In this document: piece after piece, positions 45,472-55,956 of the stretch
Numbering within the stretch: position 1 is the first letter of the stretch
Layout of the letters: each line of letters opens with the position of its first letter
From: Candidatus Multivorans sp.
Lineage (GTDB): Bacteria > Acidobacteriota > Thermoanaerobaculia > Multivoradales > Multivoraceae
DNA length: 64,000 bases
Assembly: GCA_965224025.1 (NCBI GenBank)
Contig: OZ245033.1
Coordinates: forward strand, 4,983,676 to 5,047,675
Reading direction: 5' to 3'
The notes under the pieces: generated by a model
Told to the model about the DNA's origin: nothing
Database searches by the model: none
Seen by the model: the letters and a program-made list of their open reading frames with translations, nothing else
Position numbers and translations under genes: made by a program

Positions 45472-47043
45472 ATGCTCCCCGTTCGCCGCGCACTGGTTTC
45501 GGTCTTCGACAAGGCGGGCCTTGAGGAACTTGGTTCGGGACTGGCGAAGTTGGGTGTCGAGATCGTCTCGACGGGCGGCACGGCGCGGCAGCTCACGGAA
45601 CATGGTGTAGGCGTCACCGCGGTGTCCGATGTGACCGGACACCCCGAGATACTCCATGGGCGAGTCAAGAGTCTGCACCCCCGGATCTTCGGCGGCATCC
45701 TCGCCGACCGACGGCGGCAGGAACATCGGGCGGAGCTCGAGCGGCACGAGATCCCGCCGATCGATCTGGTGGCCGTGAACCTCTATGCCTTCGCCGCCGC
45801 GGCCGCGGACCCGGATGCGACCGTGGACGGCACGGTGGAGATGATCGATATCGGCGGCCCCAGCATGGTCCGTGCCGCGGCCAAGAACTTCGCCAACGTG
45901 GCGGTCGTCGTGGACCCGGCGGACTACCCGAGGATCCTCGAAGCCCTCCAGGCCGAGGGCGGCCTGTCCGAAGAGCTCCGGCGCGAACTGGCGCTCAAGG
46001 CGTTCCGGCACACGCAGAGCTACGACGCCGCGATCGCCGACTGGCTGGAAGACGGCGCGGCGGAGGCGGCCGATGACGAATCCCGTTCGTTGCCGGAGTC
46101 CGTCCGGCTGGAACTCGAGCAGGTCCTGGCGCCGCGCTACGGGGAGAACCCGCACCAGGGAGCGGCGGTTTACCGGGAAGTGGGCGGCGCCGGCGTTCTG
46201 GGCGGTCTTCGGCAGCTCCAGGGCCGGGAACTCTCCTGGAACAACATGCTCGATGCGGACGCCGCGCGGAAGCTGTCGGCCCTGTTCGGCGCTCCGGACG
46301 ACGATCCGGCGGTGGTCATCGTCAAACACAACAATCCGTGCGGCGTCGGCAGGGGCGCGTCGCTCGTGGAGGCCTACGAGCGGGCCCTGGCCTGCGACCC
46401 GGTTTCCGCGTTCGGCTCGATCATCGCCGTCAACCGGCCCTTCACGGGGGCCCTGGCCGAGGCGCTGGCGAAGCTCTTCGTCGAGGTCATTGTGGCGCCC
46501 TCCTTCGAGCCGGCCGCGGTCGAGCGGCTGGGCCGGAAGAAGAACCTCCGCCTGCTCGAATGCCCGCCCTTCTCTGCTGGGGACGGTGCCTACGAACTGC
46601 GAGCAGTCGACGGCGGTTTCATCGCCCAGCGCCTCGACAGCGCTCCGGAAGACCCGCGGGAGTGGACCTGTCCCACCCGGGCGCGGCCCGACGAGGCGCA
46701 ACTGCGGGCGCTCGACTTCGCCTGGCGGGTGTGCCGGGCGACGAAGTCGAACGCGATCGTGGTCACCAACGAACACCAGACGGTCGGCATCGGCGCTGGC
46801 CAGATGAGTCGGGTCGACTCCTGCCGCATCGCGCTCGACAAGGCCCAACTCGCCGTTGCCGGCACGGTGGCCGCCTCGGACGCCTTCTTCCCCTTCCGCG
46901 ACGGCGTCGACACCCTGGCCGAGGCCGGAGTGACCGCGATCGTCCAGCCCGGCGGCTCCGTTCGCGACGACGAGGTGGTCGCGGCCGCCGACGAGCACGG
47001 CGTCGCCATGCTCCTGACCGGGCGCCGCCACTTCAAGCATTGA
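45472..47043 (+). CDS. purH: Bifunctional AICAR transformylase/IMP cyclohydrolase
   Basis: ALVSVFDK, STGGT, IDIGGP, RYGENPHQ, ASDAFFPF, QPGGS, RHFKH. Confidence 0.98.
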   Translation: MLPVRRALVSVFDKAGLEELGSGLAKLGVEIVSTGGTARQLTEHGVGVTAVSDVTGHPEILHGRVKSLHPRIFGGILADRRRQEHRAELERHEIPPIDLVAVNLYAFAAAAADPDATVDGTVEMIDIGGPSMVRAAAKNFANVAVVVDPADYPRILEALQAEGGLSEELRRELALKAFRHTQSYDAAIADWLEDGAAEAADDESRSLPESVRLELEQVLAPRYGENPHQGAAVYREVGGAGVLGGLRQLQGRELSWNNMLDADAARKLSALFGAPDDDPAVVIVKHNNPCGVGRGASLVEAYERALACDPVSAFGSIIAVNRPFTGALAEALAKLFVEVIVAPSFEPAAVERLGRKKNLRLLECPPFSAGDGAYELRAVDGGFIAQRLDSAPEDPREWTCPTRARPDEAQLRALDFAWRVCRATKSNAIVVTNEHQTVGIGAGQMSRVDSCRIALDKAQLAVAGTVAASDAFFPFRDGVDTLAEAGVTAIVQPGGSVRDDEVVAAADEHGVAMLLTGRRHFKH

Positions 47044-47099
47044 TGGGTCGCCCGCGTACGGTGGTCCCGTGCTGGAACGCAGTGCCCCCGGCGCTTGGG

Positions 47100-47780
47100 A
47101 TGATGCGGCCCGCGCGTCCCGTCCTTACGGCGGCGACGGTTCCCTTGCCGGTGGCGGCGGCGGTTCCCTTGCTGGTGGCGGTCTGCCTGCTTGCCGCCCT
47201 CCCGGCATTTGCCGACGATCCGTGGCGCGTTCTCGATGACTTCCGGCGCTCGCTCGAGGCACAGGCGCCGCTCACGGCGGGCTTCGTGCAGACGCACGTA
47301 CCCTACGGATTCGATCCGGAGGACGGCGATACGGAGCGCGGCAACCTCGCCGTCGCCCTGCCCGGTTGCCTGCGCTGGGACTACTCGCCGCCGTTCGAGA
47401 CGGCCTTCCTGCTGTGCGACCGGACGGTGCATCACTGGAACCCCGCCGAGTCGGTCGGTCAACGCTATGACCTGTCGGCGCAACCGGCCCCGGGGCTCGA
47501 CTTCTTCCTGCTCACCACCGACGATCTCCGGGACCGGTACGAGGCGGAGCTGGACCCGGTACCCGGCGACCGCGTGCGCCTGGTTCTGCGCCCGCTCGAA
47601 CCGAGCGAAGACGTCGCCCTGGTGCAGATTGTGATCGACCGCGAGGAGCAGCGCCTGCGTGAGTTGACCTACTACGACGCCCAGCGCAACGAGAACCGCT
47701 TCATCGTCGGCGACTACCGCAGCGGCGCCGCGCCCGGCCGCTTCAAACCGCCGCCCGGAATCGAGTGGGAGGAACCCTAG
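47100..47780 (+). CDS. LolA-like outer-membrane lipoprotein carrier
   Basis: Signal peptide, TAGFVQ, PGCLRWDY, C-terminal FKPPPG; start uncertain. Confidence 0.7.
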   Translation: MMRPARPVLTAATVPLPVAAAVPLLVAVCLLAALPAFADDPWRVLDDFRRSLEAQAPLTAGFVQTHVPYGFDPEDGDTERGNLAVALPGCLRWDYSPPFETAFLLCDRTVHHWNPAESVGQRYDLSAQPAPGLDFFLLTTDDLRDRYEAELDPVPGDRVRLVLRPLEPSEDVALVQIVIDREEQRLRELTYYDAQRNENRFIVGDYRSGAAPGRFKPPPGIEWEEP

Positions 47781-47791
47781 CTCTCAGCTAG

Positions 47792-47848
47792 GAGTCGCGG
47801 CGTCCGCGCCGCGCTGACGCACAGGAAACAGGGCTTGTTCCATGCAAG
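47792..47848 (+). mobile_element. 57-bp mini-element made of IS110-like ends, copy A
   Basis: CTAG|GAGT...CAGGAAACAGG...TTGTTCCATGCAAG, similar to IS ends 4111-4154 and 5752-5765. Confidence 0.7.
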
Positions 47849-47966
47849 TATCCACAGCGGTGGTCCGTTGCGCTGCCGCATAGGGAACATGTGCGTTCGG
47901 GTGTCGGGCCGCAGCGATTTTCGCCCACTTGCGGCAGGACATTTCATCCCTGCTGCTCCACTCTCG

Positions 47967-48030
47967 CTGGGTGCGCGGGCCTTCTGGCCCGCTGCCGCCG
48001 CGGGCGGCCAGGAGAACGCGCCGGCCGGAG
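47967..48030 (+). repeat. REP-like palindromic repeat (uninterrupted relative of the phage target)
   Basis: CTGGGTGCGCGGGCCTTCTGGCCCGCTGCCGCCGCGGGCGGCCAGG; related copies near 7578, 26426, 26557, 54183 and 55645. Confidence 0.75.
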
Positions 48031-48107
48031 GCCGGCTCCGCTCCGAGGCTGCGCGGTAGGGCGTCGGCGCCCCCAGTGCGGAACGCAGGAGGCCAAGTTC
48101 CGCCGGG

Positions 48108-49052
48108 CTAGCTCCGCGCCCTCACCGCCCGGAGCTCTCTAACCCCGTACACCACCACGGTGTCGAAGGTGCGCGAAGCCGAATCCCTCCAGGCCGGCCT
48201 GCCGGCGGTCAGCACCAGTGCCCGCCGCTGACACTCACCCGCGTGACACAAGCGGAACTGCCGGTCAAAGGTCCCGTCCTCCGGTCGGAACTCGAGTTCG
48301 AGCACACCGGTGACCTCGCGGCCGAAGTCCACCCGAAAGGACGACTGCTCTGCGGGCGGGACACCGAGACCGGGGGACGACGACACGCGGACGATGCGCC
48401 GCGGCCCGGCGGACCGCCAGATCGGCGCCGGCTTCGCCAGGTCGCCGCGGGCCACCCGGCCCCACCGACCGACGGGAGGCCGCCCCCAGGCGCGGACGGA
48501 CCCCAGTTCACCGGCGTCGGCGCCTTGCGCCTCTCCCTTCACCAGGCGCGGATTCCAGACGTCGAGGAACCGCCAGGCGCCGTCCGTCACCACGGGCATC
48601 GAGCCGTCGTCGAGCTCGATGCCCGCCAGCGCGCCGCCGTCGCCGTACGGAGTGCGCGCCTCGATCGTCAAGCGGTTGGCGCCGGCCCGCAGCAGGTGGG
48701 CGACCTGGAACTCGTCGATGGGCTCGCCGCGCCGGAAGCCGCCGCGCGCGATCTGGTGGCCGTTCAGGTGAACCGCGTACTCCCGGTCGGCGGTGACGAA
48801 CAGCCGCGCCGCCGCCTCCGGCGCCTCGTCGAGCTCGAAGTCGGCCAGCAGCAGGTAGGCCGCCGGCCGGCCGGGTTCTGCGCCCGCGGTCTCGGGCCAG
48901 ATCCACTCGGCGGCGCCGGTCGGCCGCGCCCCGTCCCCGCAGCCCGCCAGCAGGCTTCCCGCGACCAGAGCGGCGACGGGCAGGCCCTTGCGGGCAACGG
49001 AAACCGGGCGCCCCCCCCGCCCGCCTCTGGCCGATCGAAGTGTCGCGTACAC
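48108..49052 (-). CDS. Putative lipoprotein with rhamnosidase-N/lectin-like domain
   Basis: LAGC lipobox, AEWIW, TADREYAVHLNG, VTDGAW, VDFGREVTG; start probably downstream of 49052. Confidence 0.6.
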   Translation of the reverse strand: MYATLRSARGGRGGRPVSVARKGLPVAALVAGSLLAGCGDGARPTGAAEWIWPETAGAEPGRPAAYLLLADFELDEAPEAAARLFVTADREYAVHLNGHQIARGGFRRGEPIDEFQVAHLLRAGANRLTIEARTPYGDGGALAGIELDDGSMPVVTDGAWRFLDVWNPRLVKGEAQGADAGELGSVRAWGRPPVGRWGRVARGDLAKPAPIWRSAGPRRIVRVSSSPGLGVPPAEQSSFRVDFGREVTGVLELEFRPEDGTFDRQFRLCHAGECQRRALVLTAGRPAWRDSASRTFDTVVVYGVRELRAVRARS

Positions 49053-49147
49053 GATGCGAGCGTATCGGCTCAGAGGGCAGGCGGGCCGAGGGGGCCGACC
49101 GTGACCCGAGGTTTGACCGGCGGCGCGCCGCGCGGGTAGGGTCGTCC

Positions 49148-49927
49148 GTGTCGAGTGCTCGGCCCGTATCGGATGCGGTTGGCGTCGTCTGTGCGATTCC
49201 CGCTCGCTATGGCTCTATCCGACTACCCGGGAAGGCCCTGCTGCCGATCTGCGGCCGGCCCATGATTGAGCATGTCTACCGACGGGCGAGCGAAGCTTCA
49301 GGCCTCGACGCCGTTGTCGTGCTGACGGACCATCAGGACATTCGCCGGACGGTCGAGAACTTCGGCGGCTACTGCGAGATGACCCCGGCGAACTGCCGCA
49401 GCGGTACGGACCGGATCGCCTGGGCGGCGCGCAATTGGCGCGCCGACGCGGTGATCAACGTGCAGGGCGACGAGCCCCTGCTCGACTCCGCGGCGATCAC
49501 TCACCTCGCCGAGCACCTGCGCGAGCATGCCGCCGAGGACATGGTCACCCTGGCCGCCGAAGTCGACGAGGATGCGCTGCGGGATCCCAACCAGGTCAAG
49601 GTCGTCCGCGGCGGCGACGGCTACGCCCTCTACTTCAGCCGCGCCGGGATCCCCTACCGCCGGCACTTGGAGGACGGTCCGGTCGCGCCGGTCCTCCTCC
49701 ATGTCGGCGTCTACGGTTACCGCCGAAACGTGCTGCTGCGGCTCGCCGAGCTCGAGGCCTCGCCGCTCGAACGCTCGGAGAAGCTGGAGCAGCTCCGCGC
49801 GCTCGAGAACGGCATCCGCATCCGCGTGCTGCCGGTCGACGAGGCGCCCCTGGGAGTCGACACAGAGGTGGACCTGGCGCTGGCCGAGCGGCGGATGCTG
49901 GCGATGCACAGGCAAGAGAATCCTTGA
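49148..49927 (+). CDS. kdsB: CMP-KDO synthetase
   Basis: IPARYGSIRLPGK, SGTDR, NVQGDEP, EKLEQLRALE. Confidence 0.95.
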   Translation: MSSARPVSDAVGVVCAIPARYGSIRLPGKALLPICGRPMIEHVYRRASEASGLDAVVVLTDHQDIRRTVENFGGYCEMTPANCRSGTDRIAWAARNWRADAVINVQGDEPLLDSAAITHLAEHLREHAAEDMVTLAAEVDEDALRDPNQVKVVRGGDGYALYFSRAGIPYRRHLEDGPVAPVLLHVGVYGYRRNVLLRLAELEASPLERSEKLEQLRALENGIRIRVLPVDEAPLGVDTEVDLALAERRMLAMHRQENP

Positions 49928-49948
49928 GAGAGCACGGGAGCACGCGCC

Positions 49949-51634
49949 ATGGCAACCAAGTACATCTTCATTACCGGCGGCGTCGTGTCCTCGCTCGGCA
50001 AGGGCGTGGCCGCGTCCTCGGTCGGGGCGATTCTCGAGGCGCGCGGTTTCACCGTCGAGATGATGAAGCTCGACCCGTACGTCAACGTCGATCCGGGGAC
50101 CATGTCCCCGTACCAGCACGGCGAGGTCTTCGTCACCGACGACGGCGCCGAGGCGGATCTCGACCTGGGGCACTACGAGCGCTTCACCACCTGCACGACG
50201 AGCAAGAAGCACAACTACACCACCGGCAAGATCTACGAGGCCGTGATCAACAAGGAGCGCCGCGGCGACTACCTCGGCAACACGGTCCAGGTCATCCCGC
50301 ACGTGACGGACGAGATCAAGGACGGGATGCGCCGGCTTGCGGGCAGCGCGGACGTCATCCTGGTCGAGATCGGCGGCACCGTCGGCGACATCGAATCGCT
50401 GCCCTTCCTGGAGGCGATCCGGCAATTCCGCCAGGAGTTGGGCCGCAACAACGCGGTGAATCTGCACCTCACCCTGGTGCCCTACATCGCCGCCTCCGAC
50501 GAGCAGAAGACCAAGCCCACCCAGCACTCGGTGCGCGAGTTGCGAGCAATCGGCATCTCGCCGGACATTCTGCTGTGCCGGGTTGACCGTGACCTGCCGG
50601 AGGAGATGAAGGCGAAAATCGCCCTGTTCTGCAACGTGGACGCGCACAACGTGGTCGCCGCCCGCGACGTGGACACGATCTACGAAGTGCCCCTGATGTT
50701 CTGCCGCGAGGGCCTCGACGAGTCCCTCATGGATCTGCTCAGCCTGCCGGGTTCGCCGCGCAACCTGGCCAGTTGGGAACGCATGGTCCACCGCATCCGC
50801 CACCCCCAGGGGAAGGTGCGGATCGGCATCGTCGGCAAGTACGTCGAACTGCCCGACGCCTACAAGAGCCTCAACGAAGCCCTGATGCACGGCGGCATCA
50901 CCAACGACGTCGAAGTCCAGTTGGTCTACATCAACGCCGAGGACCTGGAGACCGAGACCTGGCCCCAGGAGCTGTTTGAGGTCGACGGCCTGCTGGTGCC
51001 GATCGGCTTCGGTCCGCGCGGCGTCGAGGGGAAGATCCGGGCGATCCGCTACGCGCGCGAGCAGCGCGTGCCGATGTTCGGCATCTGCCTCGGCATGCAG
51101 TGCATGGTGATCGAGATGGCGCGCAACGCCTGCGGCCTGGAGGGAGCGCAGTCGACGGAGTTCGACGAGGGTGCGGCGGACCCCGTGATCTACAAGTTGC
51201 GCGACCTGCTCGGCGTCGAGGAGATGGGCGGCACGATGCGGCTGGGCGCCTATCCATGCGTGGTCGAGGCGGACACGCTCGCCGCCGAGGTCTACGGCGC
51301 CACGGCGGACTCCGAGGACGACCGGTTGCTGATCAGCGAGCGCCACCGGCACCGCTACGAGGTGAACCAGAAGTACCTCGGCGCGCTCCAGGACGCCGGG
51401 GTCGTCGTCTCCGGCCGGAGCCCCGACGGCAAGTTCGTCGAGATAGTGGAGCTTCCGGACCACCCCTGGTTCCTCGGCTGCCAGTTCCACCCCGAGTACC
51501 GGTCGCGTCCGGCCGATCCGCATCCGCTGTTCATCTCCTACATTCGGGCCGCGGTCGAACAGAGGGAGCGGACGATGGCGGCGTCGGCGAGCGCCGGCGA
51601 CGAACTCCCCGCCGGCGGCGCCGAGGCCAACTGA
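49949..51634 (+). CDS. pyrG: CTP synthase
   Basis: [31 protein letters not shown]. Confidence 0.98.
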   Translation: MATKYIFITGGVVSSLGKGVAASSVGAILEARGFTVEMMKLDPYVNVDPGTMSPYQHGEVFVTDDGAEADLDLGHYERFTTCTTSKKHNYTTGKIYEAVINKERRGDYLGNTVQVIPHVTDEIKDGMRRLAGSADVILVEIGGTVGDIESLPFLEAIRQFRQELGRNNAVNLHLTLVPYIAASDEQKTKPTQHSVRELRAIGISPDILLCRVDRDLPEEMKAKIALFCNVDAHNVVAARDVDTIYEVPLMFCREGLDESLMDLLSLPGSPRNLASWERMVHRIRHPQGKVRIGIVGKYVELPDAYKSLNEALMHGGITNDVEVQLVYINAEDLETETWPQELFEVDGLLVPIGFGPRGVEGKIRAIRYAREQRVPMFGICLGMQCMVIEMARNACGLEGAQSTEFDEGAADPVIYKLRDLLGVEEMGGTMRLGAYPCVVEADTLAAEVYGATADSEDDRLLISERHRHRYEVNQKYLGALQDAGVVVSGRSPDGKFVEIVELPDHPWFLGCQFHPEYRSRPADPHPLFISYIRAAVEQRERTMAASASAGDELPAGGAEAN

Positions 51635-51641
51635 GTACGCG

Positions 51642-52481
51642 GTGACGGCGGACGCCTTTGAACTCGCGCCGGGAATCGCCCTCGGTCGCGGTGGTCTGCC
51701 GGTGATCGCCGGCCCGTGCGTGATCGAGGGCCGAGACTGGCTCGTCGGCGTGGGCCAGCAGCTCCAGGCGATGAGCCATCGCCTCGGGTTGCCGCTGATC
51801 TTCAAGTCCTCGTTCGACAAGGCGAACCGCAGCTCGGGCGACAGCTTCCGGGGTCCGGGGCTGACGGAAGGGCTGGCGGCCCTGGCCGACGTCAAGGCGG
51901 CGACCGGCCTCCCGGTGTTGACCGATGTCCACGAGCCGCATCAATGCGCTGAAGCAGCCGAAGTCTGCGACGTGCTCCAGATCCCTGCCTTCCTCTGCCG
52001 CCAGACCGACCTGGTGGTCGAGGCGGCCGCCACCGGCCGACCGCTTCTGATCAAGAAGGGCCAGTTCATGGCCCCCGCCGACATGGTGCGGGTGGTCGAC
52101 AAGGCGCGCGGCACAGGCAACGCCCGGATCGCGGTGACCGAGCGCGGCAACACCTTCGGTTACCACAACCTCGTCGTCGACATGCGCGGTTTCACGATCC
52201 TCGCCGAGCACCGGATCGCCGTCCTCTACGACGTCACGCACTCGCTGCAACTGCCCGGCGCCCGCGAGAAGGAGAGCGGCGGCGACCGCCGGTTCGCGGA
52301 GCCGCTGACCCGTGCCGCGATTGCGGCCGGCGCCGCCGGCCTGTATCTCGAGGTGCACCCGGATCCGGACTGCGCAAAGTGCGACCGGGAGACGCAGTTG
52401 CCGCTGGCGCGCGCCGAGAACCTGCTCCTGTCGGCGCTCGAGATTCACCGCTCCCGCGCCGCCGAGGGACCCTGGGTCTAG
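51642..52481 (+). CDS. kdsA: KDO-8-phosphate synthase
   Basis: AGPCVIE, FDKANRSS, QIPAFLCRQTDL, KKGQF. Confidence 0.97.
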   Translation: MTADAFELAPGIALGRGGLPVIAGPCVIEGRDWLVGVGQQLQAMSHRLGLPLIFKSSFDKANRSSGDSFRGPGLTEGLAALADVKAATGLPVLTDVHEPHQCAEAAEVCDVLQIPAFLCRQTDLVVEAAATGRPLLIKKGQFMAPADMVRVVDKARGTGNARIAVTERGNTFGYHNLVVDMRGFTILAEHRIAVLYDVTHSLQLPGAREKESGGDRRFAEPLTRAAIAAGAAGLYLEVHPDPDCAKCDRETQLPLARAENLLLSALEIHRSRAAEGPWV

Positions 52482-53473
52482 TGGCCGAATCAGAGCGCAG
52501 CCTGGAGATAGCCCGGGCCGTGTTGGAACTCGAAGCGGCGGCGATCCGTGGCCTGATCGGGCAACTCGATGACTCCTTCGGGGAGGCCGTGCAGCGAATG
52601 CGCGACTGCCGTGGACGGGTGATCTGCACCGGCATGGGCAAGAGCGGCCACGTGATGAAGAAGGTGGCCGCCACCCTGGCCTCGACCGGCACCCCGGCCC
52701 TGTTCATCCACCCGGCGGAGGCGATCCACGGCGACCTGGGCATGATCGTGCCCGGCGACATGGTTCTGGCTGCCTCGTCCTCCGGCAGCACCGAAGAGTT
52801 GTTGCGGATGACCGATGTGCTGCAGCGCCGTGGAGTCCCTCTGATCGCCATCACCGGCGGTGCGAAGAGCCCGATCGCCGAGGGCGCGGACCTCCACCTG
52901 GCCGCGGCGATCGACCAGGAGGCATGTCCCCTCAACCTCGCCCCGACGGCATCGACGACGGCCACCCTGGCCCTGGGCGACGCGCTTGCCATGGCGCTGC
53001 TCGAGGCGCGCGGGTTCACGCTCGAGGACTTCGCCACGCTGCATCCGGGCGGCGATCTCGGCCGCCGGCTGATGACGGTGGACCAGGTCATGCACAGAGG
53101 CGAAGCCGTGCCCCGGGTCGGGCTCGAGGCTCCGATGCGGGAAGCGCTGTTCGAGATGAGCGAGAAGTCGTTCGGCATCACCGCCATCGTCGACGACGCC
53201 GGGGGGCTTTGCGGCGTGATCTCGGACGGCGACCTGCGGCGTCTGCTGAACACCGACCCGGCAGCGGGCGGCTCCGCGGGCGCCTTTCTCGAGCGCGCGG
53301 TCTGCCACTACATGACGCCCGAACCGAAGACGATCCAGGCCGACGCCCTGGTCACCGTCGCCCTCGAGGCGATGGAGCGGCACCGCATCACGTCCCTGTT
53401 CATCTGCCACGTCGACGGCCGCCTGCACGGCCTCGTCCACATCCACGATCTCTGGGGCCTGCGCCGCAAGTAG
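52481..53473 (+). CDS. kdsD: Arabinose-5-phosphate isomerase (KpsF/GutQ family)
   Basis: GMGKSG, HGDLG, EACPLNLAPTAST, HPGG, CBS pair. Confidence 0.93.
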   Translation: MAESERSLEIARAVLELEAAAIRGLIGQLDDSFGEAVQRMRDCRGRVICTGMGKSGHVMKKVAATLASTGTPALFIHPAEAIHGDLGMIVPGDMVLAASSSGSTEELLRMTDVLQRRGVPLIAITGGAKSPIAEGADLHLAAAIDQEACPLNLAPTASTTATLALGDALAMALLEARGFTLEDFATLHPGGDLGRRLMTVDQVMHRGEAVPRVGLEAPMREALFEMSEKSFGITAIVDDAGGLCGVISDGDLRRLLNTDPAAGGSAGAFLERAVCHYMTPEPKTIQADALVTVALEAMERHRITSLFICHVDGRLHGLVHIHDLWGLRRK

Positions 53474-53492
53474 GGTCGGGCCGTTGTCCTCC

Positions 53493-53987
53493 ATGCTCTC
53501 ATCCGTTGTCCTGCGCCTCCGCTTCCTCCTTTTCGACGTCGACGGCGTGCTCACCGACGGCCGGCTCTTCTACCTCGGCGACGAGGTCGCGGTCGCGTTC
53601 GATGTCAGGGACGGCGTGGCCGTCAAGCGGGCCCGCGACGCGGGCCTCGGAGTCGGTCTTCTGAGCTCCAGAAGGGACTCCCCCGCCGTCGCGCGCCGCG
53701 CCGCCGACCTCGGCTTCGACGAGGTGCTCCTCGGCTGCCGCGACAAGGCCGCGGCATTCGCCGACCTGCTGCGGCGCCGCGGCCTCGAAGCCTCCGAAGT
53801 GGCCTACGTCGGCGACGACCTGGTCGACCTGCCGGTGCTGCGCCGCGCCGGCCTCTCCGCCGCCCCGGCCGACGCGGCGCCCCAGGTGCGCGACAACGTC
53901 GACCTCGTACTCGACGCCCACGGCGGCCGCGGCGCCGCCCGCGAACTCGTCGACCTGATCGTCGACGCCCTGGGCCCGGTTTCGTAA
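53493..53987 (+). CDS. kdsC: KDO-8-phosphate phosphatase
   Basis: DVDGVLTDG, YVGDDLVD, GGRGAARE. Confidence 0.93.
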   Translation: MLSSVVLRLRFLLFDVDGVLTDGRLFYLGDEVAVAFDVRDGVAVKRARDAGLGVGLLSSRRDSPAVARRAADLGFDEVLLGCRDKAAAFADLLRRRGLEASEVAYVGDDLVDLPVLRRAGLSAAPADAAPQVRDNVDLVLDAHGGRGAARELVDLIVDALGPVS

Positions 53988-54124
53988 CCGGCCGGTGCGG
54001 CGGTCCCGGCTGCGGAAGCTGCCGGTCCGGCCACGACGGCTACTGGTCCATTCCACTTCTCTCAACGACACGCCAGAATGCATCCCGGAAAGGTACAGGT
54101 GCGCCGGCCTTCTGGCCGGCATCC

Positions 54125-54235
54125 GCCGCGGCGGCGTTATGTCATCCGCATGTAGGGAACCCCGCCACACAGGGGCCGTTCTCTGGGTGCGCGGACCCTC
54201 TGGTCCGCATCCGCCGAAGGCGGAATCCGGGGCAG
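54125..54235 (+). repeat. ~110-bp repeat, inverted partner of 55617-55730
   Basis: Shared ...GCATGTAGRGAACCSCGCCACAC...CTCTGGGTGCGCGGACCYTCTGGTCCGCATCCGCCGMAGGCGGAATCCGGG. Confidence 0.85.
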
Positions 54236-54240
54236 GGCCG

Positions 54241-55266
54241 CTACTCAGCCCACTCCTCTTCCACCTCTTCCTCGAGGCGCTTGCGGCGGCGTTGGACCAG
54301 GGCCGACGCCCCGACGCCGACCAGATAAAGCAGCAGTGTCGGCCCCGCCACGATCGTCATGTTCACGACGTCCGGCGTCGGCGTGATCGCGGCGGACAGG
54401 ATGATGATGATGAGCACCGCCCAGCGGAAATGCCGCATCAGGAACTGCGGCGTGACGACCCCGAGCTGCGAGAGCATGAAGATGATGATCGGAAGCTGGA
54501 ACATTGCCGCGAGGCCGAGCAGGACGTTGACCGCGAAGCTGAAGTAGCGCTCGATCCGGATGTCGGCGTCCCAGTTGCTGTTGAGGCCCATGTTGACCAG
54601 GAACTCGGTCGCGAAGGGGAGGGCGACGTAGTAGCCGAAGGCGCCGCCGCCGATGAAGAAGAAGGAACCGAAGAAGATAAAGGGGATCGCGTAGCGCTTC
54701 TCTCGGCGGTAGAGACCGGGCGAGACGAAACCCCAGAGCTGGCTGACGAGAAACGGCGAGGTGAGGAAGATGGCCGCCAGCAGCGCCACTTTCACGTGAA
54801 CGATGAACGGATCCGTGACGCCGTCGAAGACGAGCTGATCGACATGGGGCTCGATCGGTTTCGCCAGCACTTCGTAGATCTGCTCGGCGAACGCGAAGCA
54901 GCCGAAGAACGCGACCAGCACGACGATCAGCGTGCGGAGGATGCGGCGGCGCAGCTCGTCGAGGTGCTCGAGCAGCGTCATCCGCGGGAGTTCTTCTTCG
55001 TCCTCCTGAGGCTTCCTTCGAGCGGGCTGCGTCGGTGGCAGCCGTTTCGGTTCCGACTCGTCGGTCGGCTGCCCCGGTTCGGGCTCTTCAGGCGGCTGTC
55101 CCCGTTGGGGCTCTTCGGTCGGCTGCCCCGGTTCGGGCTCTTCAGGCGGCTGTCCCTGTTGGGGCTCTTCGGGCGGCTGTCCCTGTTGGGGCTCTTCAGG
55201 CGGCTGTCCCCGTTGGGGCTCTTCGGGCGGCTGTCCCTGTTGGGGCTCTTCAGGCGGCGGGGTCAC
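54241..55266 (-). CDS. tatC: Twin-arginine translocase TatC with repetitive N-terminal extension
   Basis: [30 protein letters not shown]. Confidence 0.95.
   Translation of the reverse strand: MTPPPEEPQQGQPPEEPQRGQPPEEPQQGQPPEEPQQGQPPEEPEPGQPTEEPQRGQPPEEPEPGQPTDESEPKRLPPTQPARRKPQEDEEELPRMTLLEHLDELRRRILRTLIVVLVAFFGCFAFAEQIYEVLAKPIEPHVDQLVFDGVTDPFIVHVKVALLAAIFLTSPFLVSQLWGFVSPGLYRREKRYAIPFIFFGSFFFIGGGAFGYYVALPFATEFLVNMGLNSNWDADIRIERYFSFAVNVLLGLAAMFQLPIIIFMLSQLGVVTPQFLMRHFRWAVLIIIILSAAITPTPDVVNMTIVAGPTLLLYLVGVGASALVQRRRKRLEEEVEEEWAE
55067..55258 (-). repeat. Seven 27-bp tandem repeats encoding PPEEPQQGQ-like units
   Basis: Directly visible in the DNA and in the TatC N-terminus. Confidence 0.9.
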
Positions 55267-55564
55267 TCGGCGTCCGGGCGCCTGACGAGCCCGCCTTCTT
55301 CGCGTCGTCCGAGCCCGCGGGCTTCGTTGAACCGGTCGATACCGCGGTCTTCCTGCTCTTGTCGATCCGGCGAGCAGGCGGTGGACGTTTCTCTTCGTCG
55401 AGCTCGACGTCGATCGAGCGCTTCAGGTCGCTCGTGGCGCGCCGGAACTCGGCCATGCCACGGCCAAGGGTGCGGCCCAGCTCGGGCAGCTTCCTGGGGC
55501 CGAAGATGAGGAGAGCGGCCGCCATGATGAACAGCATCTCCTGCATGCCGATCGGGCCGAACAT
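55250..55564 (-). CDS. tatA: TatA/TatB-family subunit
   Basis: [27 protein letters not shown]. Confidence 0.9.
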   Translation of the reverse strand: MFGPIGMQEMLFIMAAALLIFGPRKLPELGRTLGRGMAEFRRATSDLKRSIDVELDEEKRPPPARRIDKSRKTAVSTGSTKPAGSDDAKKAGSSGARTPSDPAA

Positions 55565-55616
55565 GGGGCGGCATGATACGCCAACCGCGTGCGTCGGAGG
55601 TCGCCGGCCAGTGCGG

Positions 55617-55730
55617 CTGACCCGGATTCCGCCTGCGGCGGATGCGGACCAGAAGGTCCGCGCACCCAGAGATACGCCTCAGGTGTGGCGCGGTTCTCTA
55701 CATGCAGTTGACATGACACCGCTCCGGGCG
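55617..55730 (-). repeat. ~110-bp repeat, inverted partner of 54125-54235
   Basis: Reverse complement aligns with 54125-54235. Confidence 0.85.
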
Positions 55731-55956
55731 TTGCAGACCAGAAAGCCACCGAGAGACCGACCGTGCTCTGCGTTCCGCGTCAGGCCCCTCGGCGCCGACC
55801 CCTCCTGCCCCAAGGCGGGCGGGTGCGTCCTCCGCCATCGCGTCCTCCGCCGCCGAAGCGCCGCCGGCGCTCTCGGCTCGCTGGTACAATGCCCGGTTCG
55901 CGCCGCTCGCCGTGCCGGGCGGCCCACCGACCGACCCGGCTCACCGCGGGAGACTC

